From a virus: 44,052 nucleotides of DNA. This document shows positions 35,271 through 42,712 of this stretch, piece by piece. The notes beneath the pieces are model-generated. The model ran no database searches. It was not told where the DNA came from and saw nothing but the letters and a program-made list of their open reading frames with translations. Location of the stretch: IMG/VR virus record IMGVR_UViG_3300038708_000013, positions 1-44,052 of that record; one strand, written 5' to 3'. Position numbers and translations under genes: made by a program. Numbering within the stretch: position 1 is the stretch's first letter; the number at the start of each line of letters is the position of its first letter.

Positions 35271-35741
35271 TCACTTCATTCCTTGTAAGTGTGGGTTATC
35301 CTTGGTGTGCTGCTTTTTCACTGCGTTACTCAATGCTTGTAATCGGCTCATGGCTGCTTGAATCTTGTCCTCAAGGCTCACAAGCTCATGCGTATCAATG
35401 CGACCATCTTCCAACGCTGCTTGCATCTCATTCATCACATCGCCTTGGCAAGCTGACGTTGACACTGCTGTCATCAGTAAACTTTCTTGTGTCACCGCTT
35501 CATCAGATTGTTTGCAGTAGATGCCACCAAGACGCTGAGCCATTGCGTGCATCATCGAATGGTCGTTGGTAAATTCCATGATCGTGACCGCTTCATCTAA
35601 ACGCAGATGGTGAGTGTCACAGTTAGGATTGACCTTGCTGTTTAGCACGTTGTTAGACATACCCATGCGTGCAGCAATAGCAACTGAACCGCCATGCTTA
35701 GGGTTGTGAACCGTCTTGTGTGCTGCGTCTTCTATTTGCAT
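35271..35741 (-). CDS. CII-like regulatory protein (CP76-type)
   Basis: Pattern AARMGMSNNVLNSKVNPNCDTHHLRLDEAVTIMEFTNDH. Second gene of the early-right operon. Confidence 0.45.
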   Translation of the reverse strand: MQIEDAAHKTVHNPKHGGSVAIAARMGMSNNVLNSKVNPNCDTHHLRLDEAVTIMEFTNDHSMMHAMAQRLGGIYCKQSDEAVTQESLLMTAVSTSACQGDVMNEMQAALEDGRIDTHELVSLEDKIQAAMSRLQALSNAVKKQHTKDNPHLQGMK

Positions 35742-35811
35742 TTGCGTGTCCTATCTATCTGTAAAAACGTTTTGTGTAAGCCTTTCTTTCTGTAAAGTTA
35801 ATTACAAGGTG

Positions 35812-36018
35812 TTAGGCTGGTTCTTCTTCTTGGCAAAGCTCTTGGTGAGCCTTGATAAGCGCAGCGCCATTAACATAAGTAAGGTGTGGCTTAGGAAGTC
35901 CGCGTTTTAGATCACTAATTACACCTTGGTGTACGCCAGTGATCTCTTGTAACTCGACTTGCGTTCTGTCCCTTAAAAGGTCTTGAACGATTGCCGTCCA
36001 GTCAATATTAGTGCTCAT
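35812..36018 (-). CDS. cro: Cro-like HTH regulator
   Basis: 68 aa. HTH ELQEITGVHQGVISDLKRG. Divergent from the repressor across the operators. Confidence 0.65.
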   Translation of the reverse strand: MSTNIDWTAIVQDLLRDRTQVELQEITGVHQGVISDLKRGLPKPHLTYVNGAALIKAHQELCQEEEPA

Positions 36019-36047
36019 AATTAGTGCTCCGTTAGCTAGTGAGTATC

Positions 36048-36115
36048 ATAATATCGTAATTACGTTATTTAATCAAACGTCAAAACGATATTTATTTGTA
36101 TCATAATTACGATAA
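36048..36115. promoter_or_regulatory. OR region: three 18-bp operators, PR (TTGATT-17-TATTAT, minus) and candidate PRM
   Basis: Operators at 36051..36068 (ATATCGTAATTACGTTAT), 36074..36091 (weak left half) and 36098..36115. PR -35 at 36076..36071 and -10 at 36053..36048. Candidate PRM -10 CATAAT at 36102..36107. Confidence 0.6.
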
Positions 36116-36133
36116 TTAGTAAGGGGCAATAAA

Positions 36134-36874
36134 ATGAACAATGAAAAGTTAGGAGATAGGGTTAGAAAAGCCCGTAAATACGCAGGGTTCACCCAAAATC
36201 AACTCGCTAAAAAAGTCGAGACATCACAAGGCGCTATATCTGATATTGAGAATGGCAGAAATAAAGAATCGTCTAGTTTGTACGATATTGCCAAAGTCAC
36301 TGGCGTAAGTGCCGACTGGTTAATCAAAAACCAAGGTGAAATGTTAGACGTAGATAAGAAGCCGTCCGTTGACGACCTGAGAGCACAGATAAAAGCTATG
36401 CAAGGTCAAAGCAGTGGCGACTTGCTTGATGCACCTATAGACACTCAACATGCGTCTATGTCTGATATTTCTGATATGGTGCCAATACTTAGTTGGGTAG
36501 CGGCTGGCAGTTGGTCGAACGTTGAGCCAGTCACGATGTTAGACATTAAAGGCAAAGCCCCTAGGCCGCCTAACCTATCCAAACTAGGATTTGCTTTAAG
36601 GGTTCGTGGTGAAAGTATGCTGCCTAAGTTTGAGCCAGACGACATTATTTATGTTGAGCCTCAGACTGGACTTTTCGCACTAAAGAATAATGATCTTGTA
36701 ATAGTCCAGTGCAACGATGATACAGAAGCGACTTTTAAACAGTTGGTTTTAGGCGAAACATCAGCAGATATGTACTTGCGCCCTCTTAACCCAAACTGGC
36801 ATGAACAAAAGATGGTGCCTATGGGCGAATGCAACCTAGTCGGCAAAGTGGTGGGCAAATATGTCGAATACTAA
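36134..36874 (+). CDS. cI: cI-type repressor: XRE HTH plus S24 (LexA-like) autopeptidase
   Basis: FTQNQLAKKVETSQGAISDIENG. Catalytic GESMLPKF Ser and C-terminal GKVVG Lys. Confidence 0.85.
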   Translation: MNNEKLGDRVRKARKYAGFTQNQLAKKVETSQGAISDIENGRNKESSSLYDIAKVTGVSADWLIKNQGEMLDVDKKPSVDDLRAQIKAMQGQSSGDLLDAPIDTQHASMSDISDMVPILSWVAAGSWSNVEPVTMLDIKGKAPRPPNLSKLGFALRVRGESMLPKFEPDDIIYVEPQTGLFALKNNDLVIVQCNDDTEATFKQLVLGETSADMYLRPLNPNWHEQKMVPMGECNLVGKVVGKYVEY

Positions 36875-36999
36875 TGATTGGGCTTACATATGGGTGTGTC
36901 ATCTAATCAAGCACTCACACCTAATTGAGAAACGTCCTTTTGGTTGGTGCGTCTATAGCGAGGCTGTAGATTTAGACTAATATATTAAATGATCTGCAA

Positions 37000-37025
37000 A
37001 GCCGTCCTTAATGGGCGGTTTTTTA
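37000..37025 (+). terminator. Intrinsic terminator after cI
   Basis: GCCGTCC-TTAAT-GGGCGGT followed by T-run. Confidence 0.6.
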
Positions 37026-37035
37026 TTGCCTGTAG

Positions 37036-37129
37036 ATATCGTAATAGGGATACATTTACATAATAATATCGTAAATACGTTAAAAATATCGTCATAGGGG
37101 TTTACATCATATCGTAATCACGATATTAT
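37036..37129 (+). promoter_or_regulatory. OL region: four ATATCGT-type operators and PL (TTTACA-17-TATTAT)
   Basis: Sites start at 37036, 37066, 37086 and 37109. Site 37109..37126, ATATCGTAATCACGATAT, has perfect 7-bp inverted half-sites around a 4-nt spacer and sits in the PL spacer. -35 at 37101..37106 and -10 at 37124..37129. Confidence 0.6.
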
Positions 37130-37258
37130 AACTACATCGCAACGAACAACGCAGACGATGCAGCGATTAACTATTTAACAGACTGAGACAACAAGAAGTT
37201 ATTAAGTCATAGCCGTTTTAATCGACGGCTATTGCGTACTAACTAAGAGGATAAAGGT

Positions 37259-37423
37259 ATGAGCAATACGATCAATAAAAGCGATATTGGCGAAACGATG
37301 GTTTACGACTGGGTTTGTCCAGATTGCGAACACAGCAACGATCTTTACGAAGATGAGCCGGTGAGTGGTGACTTCCTGCATTGTGAAAAATGCTATGAAA
37401 CATCGGAAGTGATTGACGAATAA
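37259..37423 (+). CDS. Unlisted 54-aa zinc-ribbon protein, first gene of the PL operon
   Basis: Hand-translated MSNTINKSDIGETMVYDWVCPDCEHSNDLYEDEPVSGDFLHCEKCYETSEVIDE. RBS AAGAGGA. CxxC...CxxC. Confidence 0.55.
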   Translation: MSNTINKSDIGETMVYDWVCPDCEHSNDLYEDEPVSGDFLHCEKCYETSEVIDE

Positions 37424-37430
37424 CAGGCAC

Positions 37431-37483
37431 AAAAAAGCCCTGCAATTGGCGGACACCAGACAGGGCTTTACTTACTAATAAGC
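37431..37483 (-). ncRNA. Candidate cis-antisense small RNA opposite the leader of gene 37493..37894
   Basis: Minus-strand promoter TTGATT (37518..37513)-17-CATAAT (37495..37490). Hairpin AGCCCTG/CAGGGCT (37436..37467) followed by T6 on the minus strand only. Confidence 0.3.
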
Positions 37484-37492
37484 GAGGTAATT

Positions 37493-37894
37493 ATGACAGC
37501 AATTATAGAGCAAATCAATATCCAAGAAGTAGCAGAGCATTTGCAACTACTTCAAAGCGAATTTAACAAAGGCGGATTGCTTGAGCATCTACGAGCCAAG
37601 CCACTGCTAGACATGGAAGTAAACGACGGTGACATTACGATCTTCTTCGAGCTAGACCGCGATACCGATTTAACCGTGGTATTCAACACTGAGTATGACC
37701 GCCACACGCTGACAGACCTAAGCGTACGCCACGTAGAGGTTGACAGTGACGAAGGTGTTTACGAGATAGACGAAGGCGACCACAGCGCAATGGTGCTAGA
37801 AGGCAAGCGCATTATCCATGACGCAGTGCATTACAAGCTGCTCGATGAAGATAGCGCGATTGATACCGATTTTTACCACGAAGTTTACGCATAA
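37493..37894 (+). CDS. Highly acidic early protein
   Basis: I counted 32 Asp/Glu against about 9 Lys/Arg in 133 aa. Confidence 0.55.
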   Translation: MTAIIEQINIQEVAEHLQLLQSEFNKGGLLEHLRAKPLLDMEVNDGDITIFFELDRDTDLTVVFNTEYDRHTLTDLSVRHVEVDSDEGVYEIDEGDHSAMVLEGKRIIHDAVHYKLLDEDSAIDTDFYHEVYA

Positions 37895-37905
37895 GGGGAG
37901 CGGCA

Positions 37906-38181
37906 ATGTTAGAGACAATCAGAATTTACAGCAAAGACGAAAAGTCGCACAACACATGCAATGTAATCCTTACGTTTGAGTGTGTTGAGCCTGACTACAA
38001 CGACCAAGTTGAATACTGCAATGCCTACGCTGTGCTTCATAGAGTGCAGCTAGAGCCGACAACTTACAGCACGTTACTAATTGATGTGCCGCTTGATGAT
38101 AGCGACGCTAGAGAGCACTTTGAGAGCTTATTAAGCGTTCACTGCCACGGTTACGACGTACATACAGCGGTGACAGCATGA
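37906..38181 (+). CDS. Hypothetical early protein
   Basis: 91 aa, acidic, His/Cys-containing. Confidence 0.45.
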   Translation: MLETIRIYSKDEKSHNTCNVILTFECVEPDYNDQVEYCNAYAVLHRVQLEPTTYSTLLIDVPLDDSDAREHFESLLSVHCHGYDVHTAVTA

Positions 38182-38369
38182 GTATGTACGCAGTGAATAC
38201 CCTAAAAGACAATATGAATGTCGAGGTCATGGGGCTAACGCTACCGCTAGACCTCAATTGGGCTGATGGAATGGTTGGCGCTATACCAGTGTTTAAGGAC
38301 AAGGAAAGCGCCCTAGCTTATGCAGACGGCAACGAGTCGCTATTAACCAAAGTGAGCGAGGTGGCGTGA
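38178..38369 (+). CDS. Hypothetical early protein
   Basis: 63 aa. ATGA overlap upstream. Confidence 0.45.
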   Translation: MSMYAVNTLKDNMNVEVMGLTLPLDLNWADGMVGAIPVFKDKESALAYADGNESLLTKVSEVA

Positions 38370-38548
38370 TGAAAAAACTAACAAAGCAAGCGTGCATGAG
38401 TTGCGATGCGGAATTTTTAGGACATGAGCCTGATTTATGCTGCTCGGGATCAGATTGCGGGTGCAAAGGACTGGCTATAGAGCCGCCGCTGTGCGAGAAA
38501 TGCGAGGCGAAACTCTACGGTAGCGATTTGAGCGAGGTGAAAGCATGA
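38366..38548 (+). CDS. Cys-rich mini-protein (9 Cys in 60 aa)
   Basis: CMSCD...LCCSGSDCGCKG...LCEKCE. Confidence 0.5.
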   Translation: MMKKLTKQACMSCDAEFLGHEPDLCCSGSDCGCKGLAIEPPLCEKCEAKLYGSDLSEVKA

Positions 38549-38802
38549 AACAGCTAACGCAAGCGGTGTTTGATCTACCTGAATGTCCAGAATGGGCTTT
38601 AAGTGCAGCGGTTAATGCTGACGGTGACGGCACTTATTTTGCAGACACAGCCAACTACCTAGAGGCTGTTGAGGTGGGTGATACAGGTATTTGGATTTAC
38701 AAAGAGGGCGGCAACAAAAGGTTTGATGTTCAAGACATCGGCAATAGCTTTGATTCTACAGACTGGCAAAACAGCGCAATAGATAGAGAGGTGGTTAAAT
38801 GA
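38545..38802 (+). CDS. Early protein with TDWQNS domain (paralogue A)
   Basis: LTQAVFD...STDWQNSAIDREVV matches part of the 39038..39616 product. Confidence 0.5.
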   Translation: MKQLTQAVFDLPECPEWALSAAVNADGDGTYFADTANYLEAVEVGDTGIWIYKEGGNKRFDVQDIGNSFDSTDWQNSAIDREVVK

Positions 38803-39041
38803 AGCAAATCATCTTCATATCACTTTGGGCAATGTTTGGTGCGTTCGTCACGCATCAGGCATTGGCTGACACGGTTATCATCGACGACAAAGAGTTCCAA
38901 GTGGTCGATGGATTGGTTAGCAATGAATGGCAGCCGACGACAAGCGAAGGCTATACGGACGAGTATTTGCAGTCTGAGCAGTATCAAACGGTTAAGGCTG
39001 CGAATGAGACATTGAGAAGAATTAAGGGTGGTGAGTTATGA
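38799..39041 (+). CDS. Small secreted protein
   Basis: Signal peptide MKQIIFISLWAMFGAFVTHQALA with an AxA-type cleavage site. Confidence 0.5.
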   Translation: MKQIIFISLWAMFGAFVTHQALADTVIIDDKEFQVVDGLVSNEWQPTTSEGYTDEYLQSEQYQTVKAANETLRRIKGGEL

Positions 39042-39616
39042 AAATTACTAAGAGTGAGTTGAAACAGCGTTGCATCGATAATGAAACGGCTATTGCTACG
39101 CTAGAGGCGTTACTAAAAGAGCATGGCATTACTCGTAAGCAAGAACCAAAACTCAAGCAGCTCGATCAGTCGGTGTTTGATGGTTTGGATGAGAAATGGC
39201 AGTGGGCAGCGGTTGACGGCAGTAAAGGATTTCCAGTTGTTTATGAGTATGAGCCGTATATTTTGGAGTCGGAACGCTACTACACTAATAGAGATGGGTT
39301 GTTTAAGGACTTGGATAGCATGAAGGGCTACGACACAACCGACTGGCAAAACTCGCTAATCGAGCGCGACAAGGTAGAGCTGACAGGTAGTGATTTGTGT
39401 AGGGCTATGCTTGAGCGTGGGGATAGTCGCGTGGTGTGCTTGGTGAGCGATGTCAGTGACGATGAAGCCAGAGACAAAAGAGAAATAACATCACTAATCG
39501 AAGGTTTCTCGATCCGTAGTGGTTTTTATACAGAGCGTTCCAATGACTGGGTTTATGCAGTACCAGCAAACCCCGCCACAAACGAACCCCTAACCGCTTC
39601 GGAGGTCGGACTATGA
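39038..39616 (+). CDS. Early protein with TDWQNS domain (paralogue B) plus extra N- and C-terminal regions
   Basis: LDQSVFD...TTDWQNSLIERDKVE. Confidence 0.5.
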   Translation: MKITKSELKQRCIDNETAIATLEALLKEHGITRKQEPKLKQLDQSVFDGLDEKWQWAAVDGSKGFPVVYEYEPYILESERYYTNRDGLFKDLDSMKGYDTTDWQNSLIERDKVELTGSDLCRAMLERGDSRVVCLVSDVSDDEARDKREITSLIEGFSIRSGFYTERSNDWVYAVPANPATNEPLTASEVGL

Positions 39617-39768
39617 ACCACCAATGGCAACAGTTTAGCCACCACGACACGTTAGCGTGGAAGCTGACCGATGACGAGGAACGCGAGCTAATAAGCGCGT
39701 GGCAGCAATCAGGTAGCTTTGATGATGTGATTATCGAAGCTCAACAAACACAAGGAGTAGCACAATGA
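39613..39768 (+). CDS. Unlisted 51-aa ORF (MNHQWQQFSHHDTLAWKLTDDEE...)
   Basis: Hand-translated. ATGA overlaps at both ends. Confidence 0.45.
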   Translation: MNHQWQQFSHHDTLAWKLTDDEERELISAWQQSGSFDDVIIEAQQTQGVAQ

Positions 39769-40319
39769 GCACTAATAAATTTATTGAATTAGCTGCTGTG
39801 AATGTGAGTGGCAGTATAGAAAAAAAAGGCAATTTCAACTATCTGTCATGGTCTTTTGCACTCGCTGAGCTTATGCGACTTGATCCAGCAGCAAGTTGGG
39901 TTTTTCATGAGCCGCAGCATTTTGGTGACACGTTAATGGTTAGCTGTACGCTCACAGCGTTTGAAAAACCTGTTTATATGTGGTTGCCAGTTATTGACCA
40001 CTCAAACAGAGCAATCAAGAACCCTGACGCAATGGCTGTTAACAAAGCAATGATGCGATGTTTGGTAAAGGCAATCGCCGCTCATGGTCTAGGGCTTTAT
40101 ATTTACGCAGGTGAGGACTTGCCTGACGCTAAAGACGTTAATGCTAACAATATTCAGAACCCACCGCCGCCGCAATCATTAACCAATGACCGATTTAAGG
40201 CAGCATTAGGCGCAGTTGAGGCAGGTAGCTACGATGTGAATTTACTGTTAGATGAAAGCAAGTTTGCACTGACAAGCGAGCAAAAGGCAGCTCTAAGCGA
40301 GTTCACCAATGCGGCTTAG
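39765..40319 (+). CDS. Rad52-like single-strand annealing protein (Sak/DUF1071-type)
   Basis: NYLSWSFALAELMRLDP and NKAMMRCLVKAIAAHGLGLYIYAGEDLP. Confidence 0.6.
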   Translation: MSTNKFIELAAVNVSGSIEKKGNFNYLSWSFALAELMRLDPAASWVFHEPQHFGDTLMVSCTLTAFEKPVYMWLPVIDHSNRAIKNPDAMAVNKAMMRCLVKAIAAHGLGLYIYAGEDLPDAKDVNANNIQNPPPPQSLTNDRFKAALGAVEAGSYDVNLLLDESKFALTSEQKAALSEFTNAA

Positions 40320-40932
40320 ATGCTCAAGTCTTGACAGCATTATGACCAATGGGCGTAGCAAGACTGGATTGTCTGCTACTGCTCAAGCGGTCATCAAAGA
40401 TATGGTCGATAGCGAGCTATACAACACGCGCTTATTCATTAGTAACAAATACTTATCAAAAGGTATTGAGTGCGAAGATGACAGCATTGAGCTGTTTAAT
40501 AATGTGTTTTTCAAGTCGCTTGTCAAGAATGATAAACGACTAACGAACGACTATATCACTGGTGAGTGTGACTTGCTTGATGGTGACACGGTTATTGACA
40601 TTAAGACCAGTTGGAATCTCAAAACGTTTGCTGAACAGCGTAGAAAATCAACGTGCTATGAATGGCAGCTAAGAGGTTATATGTGGCTGTATGACAAGGA
40701 TAAGGCTTGCACAGCGCATTGTTTGGTTGATACACCTAAAGACCTTTGCAAGTATGAGAATGACGTGCATGAGTTTAGCCATATAGCACAGCCTGACAGA
40801 GTGATTATTGGCAATGTGATTGAACGTGACCAAGCACTTGAGCAGCAAATTATTGATAAGTATGAGCTTTGCTTAACTTATCGAAACGAATTGATAGAGC
40901 AATTTAAAAAAAACGGTAGAAAACTACCATAA
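40309..40932 (+). CDS. PD-(D/E)XK recombination exonuclease
   Basis: GECDLL...DTVIDIKTS (D...D/E-x-K). Paired with the annealase and SSB. Confidence 0.55.
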   Translation: MRLRCSSLDSIMTNGRSKTGLSATAQAVIKDMVDSELYNTRLFISNKYLSKGIECEDDSIELFNNVFFKSLVKNDKRLTNDYITGECDLLDGDTVIDIKTSWNLKTFAEQRRKSTCYEWQLRGYMWLYDKDKACTAHCLVDTPKDLCKYENDVHEFSHIAQPDRVIIGNVIERDQALEQQIIDKYELCLTYRNELIEQFKKNGRKLP

Positions 40933-40950
40933 CTTAAAGAGAGAAATAAC

Positions 40951-41376
40951 ATGATTAACGTAACAGTAGCAGGTCGTTTAGGTAAAGATGCAGAAACTCG
41001 TCAAGCTGGCAACTCAAGCGTGACAGGTTTTAGTGTGGCAGGTGATACAGGTTTTGGTGATAGAAAACAAAGTCATTGGTTTAATTGCTCGCTATGGGGT
41101 AAGCGTGGTGAAGCTATGCAGCAGTATTTAAACAAAGGACAGGAAGTGGTTGTGATTGGTGAATATTCAGAGCGTGAGTATAACGGCAAGCAGTATAAAG
41201 AACTGAATGTGCTAGACGTTAAATTAATGGGCGGCAGTCAGTCACAAGGTCAACAGAACAATCAGCAGCAAGGCAACCCACAGCAGCGCCAAGCACCGCA
41301 ACAATTCAATAATCAAATGAGCCAAACACCTCAAACAATGGCTAATGCTGTAGTAGATCAAAATATACCTTTTTAA
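40951..41376 (+). CDS. ssb: Single-stranded DNA-binding protein
   Basis: OB-fold N-terminus MINVTVAGRLGKDAETRQ, Gln/Pro-rich linker, acidic tip DQNIPF. Confidence 0.9.
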   Translation: MINVTVAGRLGKDAETRQAGNSSVTGFSVAGDTGFGDRKQSHWFNCSLWGKRGEAMQQYLNKGQEVVVIGEYSEREYNGKQYKELNVLDVKLMGGSQSQGQQNNQQQGNPQQRQAPQQFNNQMSQTPQTMANAVVDQNIPF

Positions 41377-41554
41377 CAACTAATTACCTTGCTCAGGGCT
41401 AATAGAGCCGTTACCGCCAGTAGTGACGACAGAACGCTGGCAGCCGCGATTGACAATCCTTACGTGCATAGCATGAGCTTTGAAAAAGCAGTCGAGGCAA
41501 AGCCGATTGGTTCACGATAAGAGCCACCCTATTTTAATTAGAAGGATGATAAGA

Positions 41555-41749
41555 ATGAGTAATTTGAAGATTGAAGATAAAGAAAAACCCACCGATGAAA
41601 AAGAAGATAATTACTCGGTTATAGAGCTAAAAATCACTAATGAAGCGATTGAGCTGACTGACAGCTATAGTGGGGATTCAATAATAATGACCAATGCGTG
41701 TTGGTCTGAATTGATACAAGCAGTAAACGAGAAAAGAGGTGATTTATGA
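41555..41749 (+). CDS. Small acidic hypothetical protein
   Basis: ATG 41555 behind GAAGGA. The track ORF starts at TTG 41480. Confidence 0.4.
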   Translation: MSNLKIEDKEKPTDEKEDNYSVIELKITNEAIELTDSYSGDSIIMTNACWSELIQAVNEKRGDL

Positions 41750-42441
41750 ATAATTTACAGCCGTTGGCTTGGTTTGATGGTGGCGATACTTATGGCGGCG
41801 ATGACTTACACGCTGACAGCCCACTCCATTACTATGTGGTAGAAAAAGATACACTTGATTGTTTCACTGTTAGATATACACCGAACGATGGCGCTGCTAA
41901 GTATGCAACTGGCTTTGCAACAATCGAAGATGCTAAAACATGGTGCTGGAATCACTACAACGAGAAGATGCAGCCGTATATCAAGCCTGACTCTATCACC
42001 GATATTGCAAACTGGTTTAAAGCTGCAAAGCCTGAGCCGACCATTGATGATTTATGTGTTCAGATCGGTTGCCACTTAGAAGAAGTTTGCGAGCTATTAG
42101 AAGCGTTAGGTCTTAAAGATTATGACGCACATGAACAACTAACCATTGATGCAGATCATTTCAAAAATAAAAGCAAGTGGGTTTTAACGAAGCTAACTAA
42201 GCTAACTTATCAGCAACGCATAGCTATCGTAGACGCTTGCTGTGACATCAATGTTACTTCTGTGGGTGTCATGCAGTTATTAGGCGGTGTCGATGTGCTA
42301 GGCGCTCAACGTGAGGTCATACGCTCAAACAATAGCAAGATGGTAAAGGGTAAGTTTGAGTTTGATGCTAACGGTAAGATTGCCAAACCTGAGAGTTACA
42401 GCAAGCCTGATTTGACAACGTTTGTAAAACAAGGAGAGTGA
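41746..42441 (+). CDS. MazG-like nucleotide pyrophosphohydrolase with extra N-terminal domain
   Basis: CHLEEVCELLEAL, VDACCDI, REVIRSNNSKM...GKIAKPESYSKPDL. Confidence 0.5.
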   Translation: MNNLQPLAWFDGGDTYGGDDLHADSPLHYYVVEKDTLDCFTVRYTPNDGAAKYATGFATIEDAKTWCWNHYNEKMQPYIKPDSITDIANWFKAAKPEPTIDDLCVQIGCHLEEVCELLEALGLKDYDAHEQLTIDADHFKNKSKWVLTKLTKLTYQQRIAIVDACCDINVTSVGVMQLLGGVDVLGAQREVIRSNNSKMVKGKFEFDANGKIAKPESYSKPDLTTFVKQGE

Positions 42442-42442
42442 T

Positions 42443-42712
42443 GTGACTAAATTCAACACAGAGCAAATGCTCATCATGCGGTACGGATTTACACCACTTA
42501 TACCGCTTGATAAGGTGGCAAGCGACTACCTGCCACCATTGTCAAAGCCTGAGTTACACCGCAAAGCCAAACATGGTCAACTAGGATTCTCAGTAGTCAA
42601 CAACGGCTCTGAGAGTAAACCTGCTTACTACGTGCCACTAGCATCATTAGCGGCATGGATTGACCATGAAATAGATGAAGCTAATAGCGACCATCTTGCC
42701 ATGCAAGCATAG
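42443..42712 (+). CDS. PrtN-family protein, putative excisionase/RDF
   Basis: GTG start behind AAGGAGAG. Pattern LIPLDKVASDYLPPLSKPELHRKAKHGQL...YYVPLASLAAWID. Adjacent to int. Confidence 0.45.
   Translation: MTKFNTEQMLIMRYGFTPLIPLDKVASDYLPPLSKPELHRKAKHGQLGFSVVNNGSESKPAYYVPLASLAAWIDHEIDEANSDHLAMQA

Noticed and set aside
37211-37230. Hairpin AGCCGT-tttaatcg-ACGGCT between PL and the first gene, considered as a nut/boxB-like site or terminator
   Set aside because: Neither strand has a T-run, and I recognise no N-like antiterminator. The evidence is too weak for a call.
37229-37456. Minus-strand 75-aa track ORF
   Set aside because: It overlaps a plus-strand zinc-ribbon ORF that has a good RBS and lies in the operon's orientation. 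The minus frame is hydrophobic and low-complexity with no RBS.
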